DNA of 64,000 nt from an uncultured Solirubrobacterales bacterium (GTDB lineage Bacteria > Actinomycetota > Thermoleophilia > Solirubrobacterales > 70-9), in the NCBI GenBank assembly GCA_963801245.1, contig CAWDEA010000004.1, forward strand, positions 75,175 through 139,174. Reading direction: 5' to 3'. Of this stretch, positions 41,432 through 50,928 are shown one piece after another. Made by a program: the position numbers and the translations under genes. Position 1 is the stretch's first letter. Every line of letters starts with the position of its first letter. The notes under the pieces are model-generated. The model saw nothing but the letters and a program-made list of their open reading frames with translations, ran no database searches and was not told the DNA's origin.

Positions 41432-42666
41432 GCGCGGAAGGTCGTGGCCGCGTCGGCGCTGGGGCCGGCGGCGGCTCCCGACTCCTTCATCGCGGCGATC
41501 TCCTCGTCCGAGTAGCCGGCCTCGCGCAGCACCTCGTCGGTGTGCTCGCCGAAGGCCGGCGCCGGGCGGGTCGGGTCGCCGGGGGTGCGGCTCATCTTCA
41601 CCGGGACGCCGAGCTGGCGGACCGTCCCGAGCCCGGGCTGCTCCATCTCGACCACCATCTCGCGGCCGCGCACCAGCTCGGAGTCGAGCGCCTCGTCGAG
41701 GTCGAGGACCGGCTCGATGCAGCAGTCGTGCTCGTCGTTGAAGGCCTTCCACTCCGCCGCGCGTGCGCGAGCGGAAGACCTCGGCGATCTCGCGCCAGGC
41801 CTCGGAGCCCGGCGCCGTCGAACTGGGTCTCGATCAGGTCCGGGCGCTCCGACCCCGTTGCAGAAGGCGGCCCAGAACTTCGGCTCCAGCGCGCCGCAGG
41901 TGACCCAGCCGTCGCTGCCTCGTAGGGCAGGTAACAGACCAGGCCGCCGGCGAGCTGCTGCTCGCCGCGCCGCGGCACCTCGCCGTCGCAGAAGTAGCGG
42001 CCGGCGACCATCGCCAGCCAGGAGAGGGCGCCGTCGGCCATCGAGACGTCGACCATCTGGCCCTCGCCGGAGCGGCGCGCGCTCGTGCAGCGCCGCCATC
42101 ACGCCGAAGGCCGCCATCAGGGCGCCGCCGCCGATGTCGGCGATCTGCCCGCCCGACTGCACCGGCGGGCCGTCCTTGGCGCCGGTCAGGCCGAGCAGCC
42201 CGACCAGGCCGAGGTAGTTCATGTCGTGGCCGGCGCGCTGTGTGTAGGGGCCGTCCTGGCCGTAGCCGGTGATCGCGCAGAAGACGATCGCCGGGTTGGC
42301 CTCGCGCATGCGCTCGTAGCCGACCCCGAGCCGGTCGAGGACGCCCGGCCGGAAGCCGTCGAGGACGACGTCGTGGCGCTCGACCAAGCGCAGCAGCGCC
42401 TCGCGGCCCTGCTCGCTCTTGAGGTCGAGGCGGATCGAGCGCTTGCCGCGGTTGAGCGAGAGGTAGAGCGCCGAGCGCGTGCCCAGCTCCTGCTGCTCAT
42501 CCGTCCCGTAGTAGGGCGGCGCCCAGCGGATGTAGTCGCCCATGCCGGTGTCCTCGACCTTCAGCACCTCGGCGCCGAGGTCGGCGAGCAGCAGCGAGCA
42601 GAAGCCCCCCGGCAGCAGCCGGGTGAGGTCGAGGACCTTGACGTCGCTAAGCGGGAGCTCGCTCAC
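41428..42666 (-). pseudogene. family III CoA-transferase (CaiB/BaiF / alpha-methylacyl-CoA-racemase-like), about five frame breaks
   Basis: [58 protein letters not shown]. The middle part MVDVSMADGALSWLAMVAGRYF / GSDGWVTCGALEPKFWAAFCNGVG / AEWKAFNDEHDCCIEPVLD is spread over frames (41760-42080). Confidence 0.8.
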
Positions 42667-43543
42667 GCTTCGGCACCCCCAGCAGCTCGCGCGCCTCGGC
42701 GACGGTGGCGGCCCGGCGGCCGACGTCCTCGGCCATCTGGCGCGCCTTGGCGATCAGGTCGCCGTTGGAGCGCGCCATCTCGCCGTTCGGCAGGTAGAGG
42801 TTGTCCTCGACGCCCGGCGCGGACGTTGCCGCCCAGCACCAGCGAGGAGCCGAGCAGCTTCCACTGGTCGCGGGAGATGCCGATCACCTGCCACTGGTTC
42901 TCGCCCTCGGCGCCGCCGGGGATCTGCTCGGCCATGAAGGCGACGTTGCGCGGCGTCGGGCGGATGCCGCCGTTGACCCCCATCACGAGCGAGATCTGCA
43001 GCGGCGTGCGCTCCAGCAGGCCCATGTCGATCAGCGGGTCGAGGTTGGCGACGTGGCCGGCGTCGAAGCACTCGTGCTCGGGCTTGATCCCAAGCTCGCT
43101 CATCGCCGTCAGGAACTCGATGATCGTGTCGAAGCTGTTCTCGAAGACGGCCTTGAAGACGAAGTCCTTGCGCCGCGAGCAGTACTTGGCGTAGTTCATC
43201 GAGCTCATGTTGAGCGCGGCGACGTCGGGCTTCAGCTCCCGCAGGTACTCGATCCGCTTCTCGATCGGGATGCCGATCGCGCCGGTCGAGTAGTTGATGA
43301 TCACGTCGCCGACCTCGGCCAGGATCGCCTCGGTGATCGCCCGGAAGTCCTCGATCTCATAGGAGGGCGTGCCGTCCGGCGTGCGGGCGTGGATGTGGAT
43401 CTGCGAGGCGCCCTCGTCGACCGCGCGCCGCGCCTCGGCCGCGTACTCCTCCGGCGTGTAGGGGATCGCCGGGCACTGGTCGCGGTTGGCGATCACGCCG
43501 CTGATCGAGCAGCTGATGACGACCGGGTCCTCGAACGGCTCAT
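42647..43543 (-). pseudogene. BKACE / DUF849 family beta-keto-acid cleavage enzyme, two frame breaks (about 43530, about 42820)
   Basis: [80 protein letters not shown]|VEDNLYLPNGEMARSNGDLI. ATGA overlap with the upstream stop. Confidence 0.8.
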
Positions 43544-45142
43544 ACCGGCATCACCCCATGTCTTCTTGCGCGGGCTTCTCGACGTGCTTGTTGCGCGCCA
43601 TCGCGCAGCGCCTTGACGATCGTCGGGCGGGTCTCGCGCGGGTCGATGATGTCGTCGATCACCGCGTTGCCGGCGGCGATGTAGGGGTCGATCTGCTCGC
43701 GGACCGCGTTCAGCATCGCCTCGCGGGTCGCCTCCGGGTCCTCGGAGGCCTCGATCGCCGAGCGGCCGATGATGTTCGACCGCGCCCTCGGCGCCCATCA
43801 CCGAGATCTCGGCCCCGGGCCAGGCGACGATCAGGTCGGGCTCGTAGGCCTTGCCGCACATCACGTAGTAGCCGGCGCCGTAGGCCTTGCGGACGACCAC
43901 GGTCACCTTCGGCACCGTGGCGCGGCTGACCGCGTAGAGCATCTTCGCGCCGTGGCGGATGATCCCGGCGTGCTCGACCTTGGCGCCGACCATGAAGCCG
44001 GGCACGTCCTGGAGGAAGACGAGCGGGATGTTGAAGGCGTCGCAGAGGTTGATGAAGCGCGCCGCCTTGTCGGCCGAGTCGTTGTCGAGGATCCCGGCCA
44101 GCTGCTTGGGCTGGTTGGCGACGATCCCCGACCGGCTGGCCGCCGAAGCGGGCGAAGCAGGTGATCAGCGTCTTGGCGAACTTCGGCTTGATGTCGAACC
44201 ACTCGCCGTCGTCGACGATCTCGCGGATCACGTCGTACATGTCGTAGGGCTGGCGCGAGGAGTCGGGGACGATCTCCATCAGCTTCTCCGACGCGCGGTC
44301 GATCGGGGTCGGAGGTCTCGCGCAGCGGCGGCTTCTGCTCGCAGTTGGGCGGGAAGTAGGAGAGGTAGGCCTTGACCGCGGCGATGCACTCCTCGTCGTC
44401 GGTGACCTCGAGGTCCCCCACGCCCGACTTGCGGCAGTGGACCTTGGCGCCGCCGAGCTCCTCCATCGAGATGTCCTCGCCGGTGACGGCTTTGGTCAGG
44501 TGCGGGCCGGCGAGCGCCATCGCCCCCTGGCCGGAGACCATCGGGACGAAGTCGGCGAGCGCCGGGATGTAGGCGGTGCCGGCCGCGCAGGGGCCCATCA
44601 TCGCCGCGACCATCGGGATCACGCCCGACATCTCGACCTCCTCGCGGAAGAGGTGGCCGGAGCCGGCGAAGAGCGAGCCGGCCGCCTCCTGGATGCGGGC
44701 GCCGGCCGAGTCGAGCAGCCAGATGAAGGGCATCCGCTTCGAGAGCGCCATCTCGCGCAGGCGGGTGACCTTGAGCTCGCCGGTCATCCCCATCGAGCCG
44801 GCCATCACGGTGAAGTCGTAGGCGGCGATGCAGCAGGGGCGGCCGTCGACGTCGCCCCAGCCGGTGATCACGCCGTCGGCCGGCGCCTCCTTGCCCGTCC
44901 ATCGCCCGCTGGGCGAAGTGGGGGCGGCCGTGGATGCCCATCTCGACGAAGGTGCCCTCGTCGACGAGCAGGTCGATCCGCTCGCGGGCGGTCAGCTTGC
45001 CGCGCTCGTGCTGTTTGGCGATCTTCTCCTCGCCGCCGCCCAGCTTCGCCTTCTCGCGCCGCTCGTGCAGCTGCTCGGTCAGCTCGCCCAGCGGGGCGGT
45101 CCCCGGAAGGAGGTGCTTCGTCTCTTGCTCCGTGCTCGCCAC
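43540..45142 (-). pseudogene. acyl-CoA carboxylase carboxyltransferase (beta) subunit, about six frame breaks
   Basis: [111 protein letters not shown]-end RRHGVMPV resembles the PccB-type tail. Confidence 0.85.
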
Positions 45143-45925
45143 TATCTGCCTTTCCACTGCGGATCGCGTTTCTCGAAGAATGCGGTGACGCCCTCGACGA
45201 TGTCCTCGGTCGAGAAGGTGAGCGAGAGCTGCGAGCGCAGGAACTCGAGCGCGTCGTCGACGGCCATGTCCTGCTGGCGGTACATCGCGTCGTGGCCGAG
45301 GCGCATCAGCACCGGGCTCTTGGAGGCCAGCTTCGCCGGCCCACTCGGCGACCGCGGCGTCGAACTCGCCGGCCGGGACGACCTTGTTGGCGAGCCCGTA
45401 CTCGACCGCCTGCTCGGCGCTCAGCCGCTCGCCCAGCAGCATCATCTCGTTGACCTTCTTGCGCGGGACGTTGCGGTAGATGATCGCCATGATCATGTAG
45501 GGGAAGGCGCCGACGTTGATCTCCGGCGTGCCGAAGGTGGCGCCCTCCTTGGCGATCAGCAGGTCGCAGGAGAGGGCGAGGCCCATCCCGCCCGCCAGCA
45601 CGTGGCCGTTGGCCGCGCAGAGCGACGGCTTGCCGAGGCGCGGCATCAGCCGGAAGAATTCGAGGAAGAGGTCGGTGGCGAAGTGTTTGGCGACCAGCGG
45701 GACGTCGGCCGCGAAGCCGCCGAGGTCGGCGCCGGCGCAGAAGACCTTGTCCCCGGCCCCGGTGAGGACGACCGCGCGGACGTCCTCGGAGTCGCGAGCG
45801 GTCTTCATCGCGTCGACCAGCTCGACCAGCATCTGCCCGGAGAGCATGTTGCGCTTCTCCGGGTTGTTGAGGGTCACCGTGGCGACCCCGTCCGCGACCT
45901 CGTACTTGACGACCTCGTAGTCCAT
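45142..45925 (-). pseudogene. enoyl-CoA hydratase/isomerase (crotonase) family, one frame break near 45340
   Basis: VATVTLNNPEKRNML, VLTGAGDKVFCAGADL, ANGHVLAGGMGLALSCDL. The tail KSPVLMRLGHDAMY...GVTAFFEKRDPQWKGR is in another frame. Its stop shares a base with the carboxyltransferase GTG (TAGTG). Confidence 0.8.
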
Positions 45926-46012
45926 CGGCGAGGCACCATAGCCGACGGCGTAGGAAGTAGGAAGTGCTACTGTCCGCGCCGACCCGCGAACCGCGAACGA
46001 GGAGAGAGACCA

Positions 46013-47231
46013 GTGGCGACTGCGACGACGACGGCTCCAAAGTCATCAAGCCCGACTTCGAGCAGGGCACGCAAGCACTTCATCTTCAGCCAGGAGCACG
46101 AAGACCTGCGCGAGTCGATGGAGGCCTGGGTCAAAAAGGAGCTGTGGCCGCACCGCAACGAGTGGGAGGACACCTACTGGCCGACCGAGAAGATGAAGCG
46201 CGCGGGAGAGCTCGGCTTCCTCGGCCTCTGCTTCCCGGAGGAGTACGGCGGGCAGGGCGGCGACTACTACTACTCGCTGGTCCGCGCCGAGTGCATGAGC
46301 TACTCCGGCTCCGGCGGCACCAACATGGGCTTCGCCGTACAGACCGACATGGTCCTGCCGCCGATCCACCTGCTCGGCACCGAGGAGCAGAAGCAGCAAG
46401 TACCTCGAACCGGGCCTCAAGGGCGAGAAGATCGGCTGCCTCGGGATCACCGAGCCGGGCGCCGGCTCCGACGTCGCCGGCATCCGCACCACGGCGATCC
46501 GCGACGGCGACGAATACGTCATCAACGGCTCCAAGACGTTCATCACCAACGCGCCCCGCGCCGACTTCATCGTCCTCGTCGCCAAGACCGACCCCGAGGA
46601 GCGCCACGCGGGCATCACGCTCTTCCTCGTCGACCTGCGCGACGAGAACGGCGAGAAGGTCTCCGGCTTCAGCGTCTCGGCCGAGCTGGAGAAGATGGGC
46701 ATGCACGCCTCCGACACCGGCGAACTCGCCTTCGAGGACGTCCGCGTCCCGGCCAGCGCGATCCTCGGCGAAGAGGGCAAGGGCTTCTACCACATCGCCT
46801 GGGAGCTCCAGGGCGAGCGCCTGGTGGCAGCCGCCGGCTCCCACGCGGGGGCGGAACGGATGATCGAGAAGACCCTCGAGTACGCCAAGGAGCGCGAAGC
46901 CTTCGGCCGCCCGATCGGCAAGTTCCAGGCGATCCGCCACAAGTTCGCCGAGATGGCGACGAAAGCGGAGGCGGCGAAGCAGTTCACCTACGCGACCGCC
47001 TGGCGCTTCGGCAACGGCGAGTACCCGGTGCGCGAGATCACGATGGCGAAGCTCTTCTCCTCCCGGATGGCCTGCGAGGTCGCCGACGAGTGCATCCAGA
47101 TCCTCGGCGGCTACGGCTACATGAAGGAGTACGAGATCGAGCGCGCCTACCGCGACGTCCGCCTCAACCGGATCGGTGCCGGCACCGACGAGGTGATGCT
47201 CGACGTGATCGGCAAGAGCTACGGGCTGTAG
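46013..47231 (+). pseudogene. acyl-CoA dehydrogenase, one frame break near 46400
   Basis: SD ggagag + GTG 46013. FSQEHEDLRESMEAWVKKEL..., after EEQKQQ continues YLEPGLKGEKIGCLGITEPGAGSDVAG...ILGGYGYMKEYEIERAYRDVRLNRIGAGT in the 46695..47231 frame. Confidence 0.85.
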
Positions 47232-47245
47232 GGGGGGACGCCCGC

Positions 47246-47671
47246 ATGGGGTCCCGGGTCGACCACATCCGCTCCTACTACGGGGCGCTGAACACCGGCG
47301 ATGCCGAGGCGGTCGCCCGGCATTTCACCGATGACGCAACCCACTACTACACGCGTCTCGGCCCGCACGAGGGGGCCGAGACGATCGGCCAGATGACGGA
47401 TCTCGCGGTCAAGAGCATCGAGGCGCAGTGGTTCGTCGAGAACGCGCTCGAAGGCGAGGGCGACGAAGCGGTGATCGAGTGGTCGATGACCTGGCGCGAC
47501 CCGAAGAGCGGCGAGAAGCGGCTCGACCGGGGCACCGAGTGGTTCGTCTTCCGCGACGGCCTGATCGCCGAGGTGCGCGCCTACCACCACGGCGGCCCCA
47601 AGAACCCAAGCGGCGACCTGCTCGGGTTCGACCACGAGGGCCGCGGCTACACGATGCTGGAGGAGCGGTGA
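47246..47671 (+). CDS. SnoaL/NTF2-like fold protein
   Basis: HIRSYYGALNTGDAEAVARHFTDDATHYY ... AVIEWSMTW ... TEWFVFRDGLIAEVRAYH. ATG 47246 lies 12 nt after the ACAD stop. Confidence 0.7.
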   Translation: MGSRVDHIRSYYGALNTGDAEAVARHFTDDATHYYTRLGPHEGAETIGQMTDLAVKSIEAQWFVENALEGEGDEAVIEWSMTWRDPKSGEKRLDRGTEWFVFRDGLIAEVRAYHHGGPKNPSGDLLGFDHEGRGYTMLEER

Positions 47672-47675
47672 ACCG

Positions 47676-47897
47676 TCAGCCGCTGGTGACGAGCACCGTG
47701 GCAATCGTGCCGAAGACCCCCAGCATCGTGGGGCCCCAGAGCATGAAGATGAGTTGCCGCAGGTCACGCACCTCGGTGCGAAGGTCTCGCAGGTCGCTAT
47801 CGACCCGGTCGAGCCTCTGGTCTAGCCCATCGAACCGTTTATCGATTCCGTTGAACCGCTCGTCAAGTCGTCCGTCAGTCCACATCGTTCTCTCCAT
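47676..47897 (-). CDS. small tail-anchored coiled-coil membrane protein (73 aa), family not assigned
   Basis: Repetitive RLDERFNGIDKRFDGLDQRLDRVDSDLRDLRTEVRDLRQL followed by a single TM LWGPTMLGVFGTIATVLV. Lower GC than the flanks. Confidence 0.55.
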   Translation of the reverse strand: MERTMWTDGRLDERFNGIDKRFDGLDQRLDRVDSDLRDLRTEVRDLRQLIFMLWGPTMLGVFGTIATVLVTSG

Positions 47898-47963
47898 GCC
47901 GGCGACGCTACAAGGTCCCGACGCGCGTGAGGTGCATTGTCTGCAACGGAAGTGTAACTATTC

Positions 47964-49142
47964 ATGGCCGTAATCAAGGACACCGGTGCCCGCGCCATCT
48001 TCCCGCCCTTCGGTGAGGAGCACGAGGAGCTGCGGGAGACCGTCAACCGCTTCGTCTCCAAGGAGATCGCGCCCAACGTCGACGAGTGGGAGGACGCGCG
48101 CGAATTCCCCCGGGAGCTGTACGGGCGCTGCGCCGAGCTCGGCTTCCTCGGGCTGAAGTTCCCCGAGGAGCTGGGCGGCCAGGGCGGCACCCACCTGCAC
48201 GACGCGGTCTGGGTCGAGGAGCTGGCCCGCAGCGGCGGCTCCGGCGGGGTCGCCGCCGGGCTCAACGCCCACACCTCGATCGCGATGCCGCCGATCTTCA
48301 ACTTCGGCACCGAGGAGCAGAAGCAGCGCTGGCTGGTGCCGGGGATCGCCGGCGAGAAGATCGGCGCGCTGGGGATCACCGAGCCGGGCGCCGGCTCCGA
48401 CGTCGCCGGCATCTCGACCTTCGCCAGGAAGGTCGACGGCGGCTACGTCGTCAACGGCTCGAAGACCTTCATCACCAACGGCGTCCGCGCCGACTTCCTC
48501 GTCTGCGCCGTGAAGACGACGAAAGAGGGCGGCCACGGCGGCATCTCCTTCCTCGTCCTCGAGCGCGAGATGCCCGGCTACGAGGTCGCGCAGAAGCTGG
48601 AGAAGATGGGCTGGCACTCCTCCGACACGGGCGAGCTGGCCTTCACCGACGTCGAGGTGCCCGAGGAGAACCTGCTCGGGGAGGAGAACGGCGGCTTCAA
48701 GCTGATCATGGCCAACTTCGCCTGGGAGCGGCTGCTGATGGCGATCGGCGCCGTCGGCGCGATGCAGCGCCTGATCGAGATCTCGGTCGACTACTCCCTC
48801 GAGCGCGAAGCCTTCGGCCGCCCGATCGGCAAGTTCCAGGCGACCCGCCACCACATCGCCGAGATGGCGACCAAGGCCGAGGCCTCCCGCGCCATCACCT
48901 ACAACTCCCTCCGCCTCTTCCACGAAGGCCGCGACTGCATCAAAGAGGTCACCATGGCCAAGCTAGTAACCCAGCGCGCCGTCCTGGAGATCGCCGACCA
49001 AGCCCTCCAGATCCACGGCGGCTACGGCTACATGAAGGAGTACGGCATAGAGCGAGCCGTCCGCGACGCCCGCCTGGGCCCGATCGGCGGAGGGACGGAC
49101 GAGGTCATGAAGGAGATCCTCGGCAAGTTGATGGGGTTGTAG
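47964..49142 (+). CDS. acyl-CoA dehydrogenase
   Basis: Intact 392 aa. GALGITEPGAGSDVAG, ...IHGGYGYMKEYGIERAVRDARLGPIGGGT. Confidence 0.9.
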   Translation: MAVIKDTGARAIFPPFGEEHEELRETVNRFVSKEIAPNVDEWEDAREFPRELYGRCAELGFLGLKFPEELGGQGGTHLHDAVWVEELARSGGSGGVAAGLNAHTSIAMPPIFNFGTEEQKQRWLVPGIAGEKIGALGITEPGAGSDVAGISTFARKVDGGYVVNGSKTFITNGVRADFLVCAVKTTKEGGHGGISFLVLEREMPGYEVAQKLEKMGWHSSDTGELAFTDVEVPEENLLGEENGGFKLIMANFAWERLLMAIGAVGAMQRLIEISVDYSLEREAFGRPIGKFQATRHHIAEMATKAEASRAITYNSLRLFHEGRDCIKEVTMAKLVTQRAVLEIADQALQIHGGYGYMKEYGIERAVRDARLGPIGGGTDEVMKEILGKLMGL

Positions 49143-49158
49143 GGATTAGCTGGGGCTT
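49105..49158 (+). repeat. direct repeat copy 1 (3' end of ACAD gene + 16 nt)
   Basis: tcatgaaggagatcctcggcaagttgatggggttgtagggattagctggggctt. 51/54 identical to 50521-50574. Confidence 0.85.
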
Positions 49159-49338
49159 CACAAGGTTTCTGCGGCTCCCCTGAACTAAGCGGACACGATT
49201 CGGACACATCGCGTCGCGCCTGGGCGATCTGATCCTCGGCAGACACGCGCTGCCAACGTAACGCCGGCACCTTCTCCCTGGTCGAGCTTTCTACCCGCGA
49301 GCTGGCGTCGGAGCAGGTTTGACTCCGCAGCACTCCTA

Positions 49339-49995
49339 TCAGGGCTGACGACCGAGTACCTCCCGTACGGAGTCGGTCGATGAGATCCACGTGGGCAGCG
49401 CGGGGTCGATGTAACTTGAAATTGCCAGCAAGTCGTCGAAGCGGGCAGCAGGGTCGCGGTTCCAGATTCGCTGGTGATGGGCAAGCCGGTTCCGAAAGTC
49501 ATGCAGTCGAGCGAGTGGCTCCTCGACTGTCTCCCGTCGCCGGTCGGGCGCGTCCGGAAAGGCACTTGCAAGATCGGGCCATAGGCCAGTGAGCTTCTTG
49601 GTGATCAGGAACCGCCAGAAGCCGAAGCTCAGCTCGCTGATCGTCTGACCCTCGCTTGCTTGCTTGCCCTTCTGCCTGACGCGGACACGGGCGGCCGCGA
49701 TGTCATCGCGTGCCCTGGGCGTGAGGTCGCCGCCTGGGTCGTCCAGCCATGATCCGTCTCTGCCGAGGCTTCGGTGCCGATTGGCGAGTTGCGCTGAAAG
49801 CGCGTTCCGGAGGGCAACCTCAAGGTGGCCAATCGGCTCCCAGAATGCGGCGGTGACCGCGGCGTTCCAGCGGTAAAGCTCAACGGCCACGTCGAAGTCG
49901 CCGTCGCACTGGGAAACGTAGGTGCTGAGTCGCTCGGAACTGAACAACAGTTCGAGCTGCTGACGCGAAATCGATATGTCGGCTGGGCCTTGCAT
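49339..49995 (-). CDS. Abi-like protein (Abi_2 / AbiD-AbiF-type family)
   Basis: MQGPADISISRQQLELLFSSERLSTYV, LYRWNAAVTAAFWEPIGHLEVALRNAL, ISELSFGFWRFLI, LARLHDFRNRLAHHQRIWN match the Abi_2 domain blocks as I remember them. ATG 49995 lies inside the longer 49339..50274 ORF. Confidence 0.8.
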   Translation of the reverse strand: MQGPADISISRQQLELLFSSERLSTYVSQCDGDFDVAVELYRWNAAVTAAFWEPIGHLEVALRNALSAQLANRHRSLGRDGSWLDDPGGDLTPRARDDIAAARVRVRQKGKQASEGQTISELSFGFWRFLITKKLTGLWPDLASAFPDAPDRRRETVEEPLARLHDFRNRLAHHQRIWNRDPAARFDDLLAISSYIDPALPTWISSTDSVREVLGRQP

Positions 49996-50520
49996 CACGT
50001 ATCGCGGGCGGTACGATATGTGGGAAGACCCCGGAACGGTCCCTGTGCAGCCTCTCTCGGGAGGCAGGCCAAACCGCCGGGGTTTCGTCGTTCTACGGTC
50101 TGCGCGACTTCCTGCGATACCGTCAAAATCGGCGTGAACTCTGATCCTCTCAAACCGTCGAAGGCGGAGCGCCAAGCCGATCTGGCCCTCGTCGCCAGCT
50201 ACCACGAGGCGCGGCTTGCTGAACTGCTTGAGCGGGTACCGGGGGGTCTTCTGCGCTGATCTGAGGGGCTCCACTGCTCACTTCGTCGCGCGAACGCTCG
50301 AAGAGATGCAAGAGCGCGGCGACTGGTGGGAGCGCGGAAACCCTGAGCGTCGTCGCCACTGAGCGGACGGCTCCGCAAGGCGCGGTCACATTCCAGACAC
50401 GTAAGCCGGGTCGCTCGCGATCACGGCCGATCATCATCACCCTCGTCCCCAAGCAAGCTGATTTGCTGGGAGTCCGTGCCCTCGGATGACCCCGCCTGTC
50501 CTCCCGTGTCCGGCTCGGAC

Positions 50521-50574
50521 TCATGAAGGGGATCCTCGGGAAGTTGATGGGGTTGTAGGGATTAGCAGGGGCTT
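50521..50574 (+). repeat. direct repeat copy 2 (orphan ACAD 3' end remnant)
   Basis: tcatgaaggggatcctcgggaagttgatggggttgtagggattagcaggggctt still reads MKGILGKLMGL-stop but has no ACAD body upstream. Confidence 0.85.
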
Positions 50575-50807
50575 TCGGCTGCTCCGTCCACATCTGAGCC
50601 GGGCAGACTAGGTCGGTTTTCTAATCTATTCATGCTTTATCGGATCTTGGTAAGGAGCCGTGTCAACGCATCGGGAGCGCGCTCGCGTGGCTGGGCCACG
50701 ATGGGCTGCTCATTCCATCGTGCGCGGCAGCGGCGGCTTGAACCTCGTCATCTTCACCGCCAATCACCCGGCCGACGCCGAGATCGCCGTGTAGGCGGCA
50801 GAGGCTT

Positions 50808-50849
50808 TCAGCGGCAAGAATGTAAGGCGCTCAGCGGCAAGATTGTAAG
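50808..50849 (+). repeat. two 19-nt direct repeats tcagcggcaaga(a/t)tgtaag, period 23
   Basis: 50808-50826 and 50831-50849 are 18/19 identical. They sit in the low-GC spacer upstream of the Vps62-like gene. Confidence 0.5.
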
Positions 50850-50902
50850 AAGTCCGGCCCACTTACCCATCTTGATCCCCCGCAACCGCTTCTGACCCGA
50901 CC

Positions 50903-50928
50903 CTAACGTCTGACGCGTCAAACGTTAG
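50903..50928. promoter_or_regulatory. 26-bp near-perfect palindrome ctaacgtCtgacgcgtcaAacgttag
   Basis: 12 of 13 positions per arm are complementary, centred on tgacgcgtca, 100 nt upstream of GTG 51028. Confidence 0.4.

Larger units (their letters stand above)
49105..50574. mobile_element. candidate integrated mini-island (Abi-like cargo) delimited by 54-bp direct repeats; no recombinase present
   Basis: att-like duplication of a gene 3' end at both borders, a less GC-rich interior, and one intact accessory gene plus degraded coding remnants. Confidence 0.4.

Noticed and set aside
49185-49338. ORFs 49028..49390- and 50150..50593- sharing the peptide APANPYNPIN(L/F)PRI.
   Set aside because: They are the reverse-strand translation of the 54-bp direct repeat, so the similarity is a by-product of the repeat and not a conserved protein.
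50660-50794. 44-aa ORF (VSTHRERARVAGPRWAAHSIVRGSGGLNLVIFTANHPADAEIAV) after a taaggag motif.
   Set aside because: The SD-to-GTG spacing is only 2-3 nt and no family is recognised. It is more likely a fragment of a degraded gene in the low-GC spacer.
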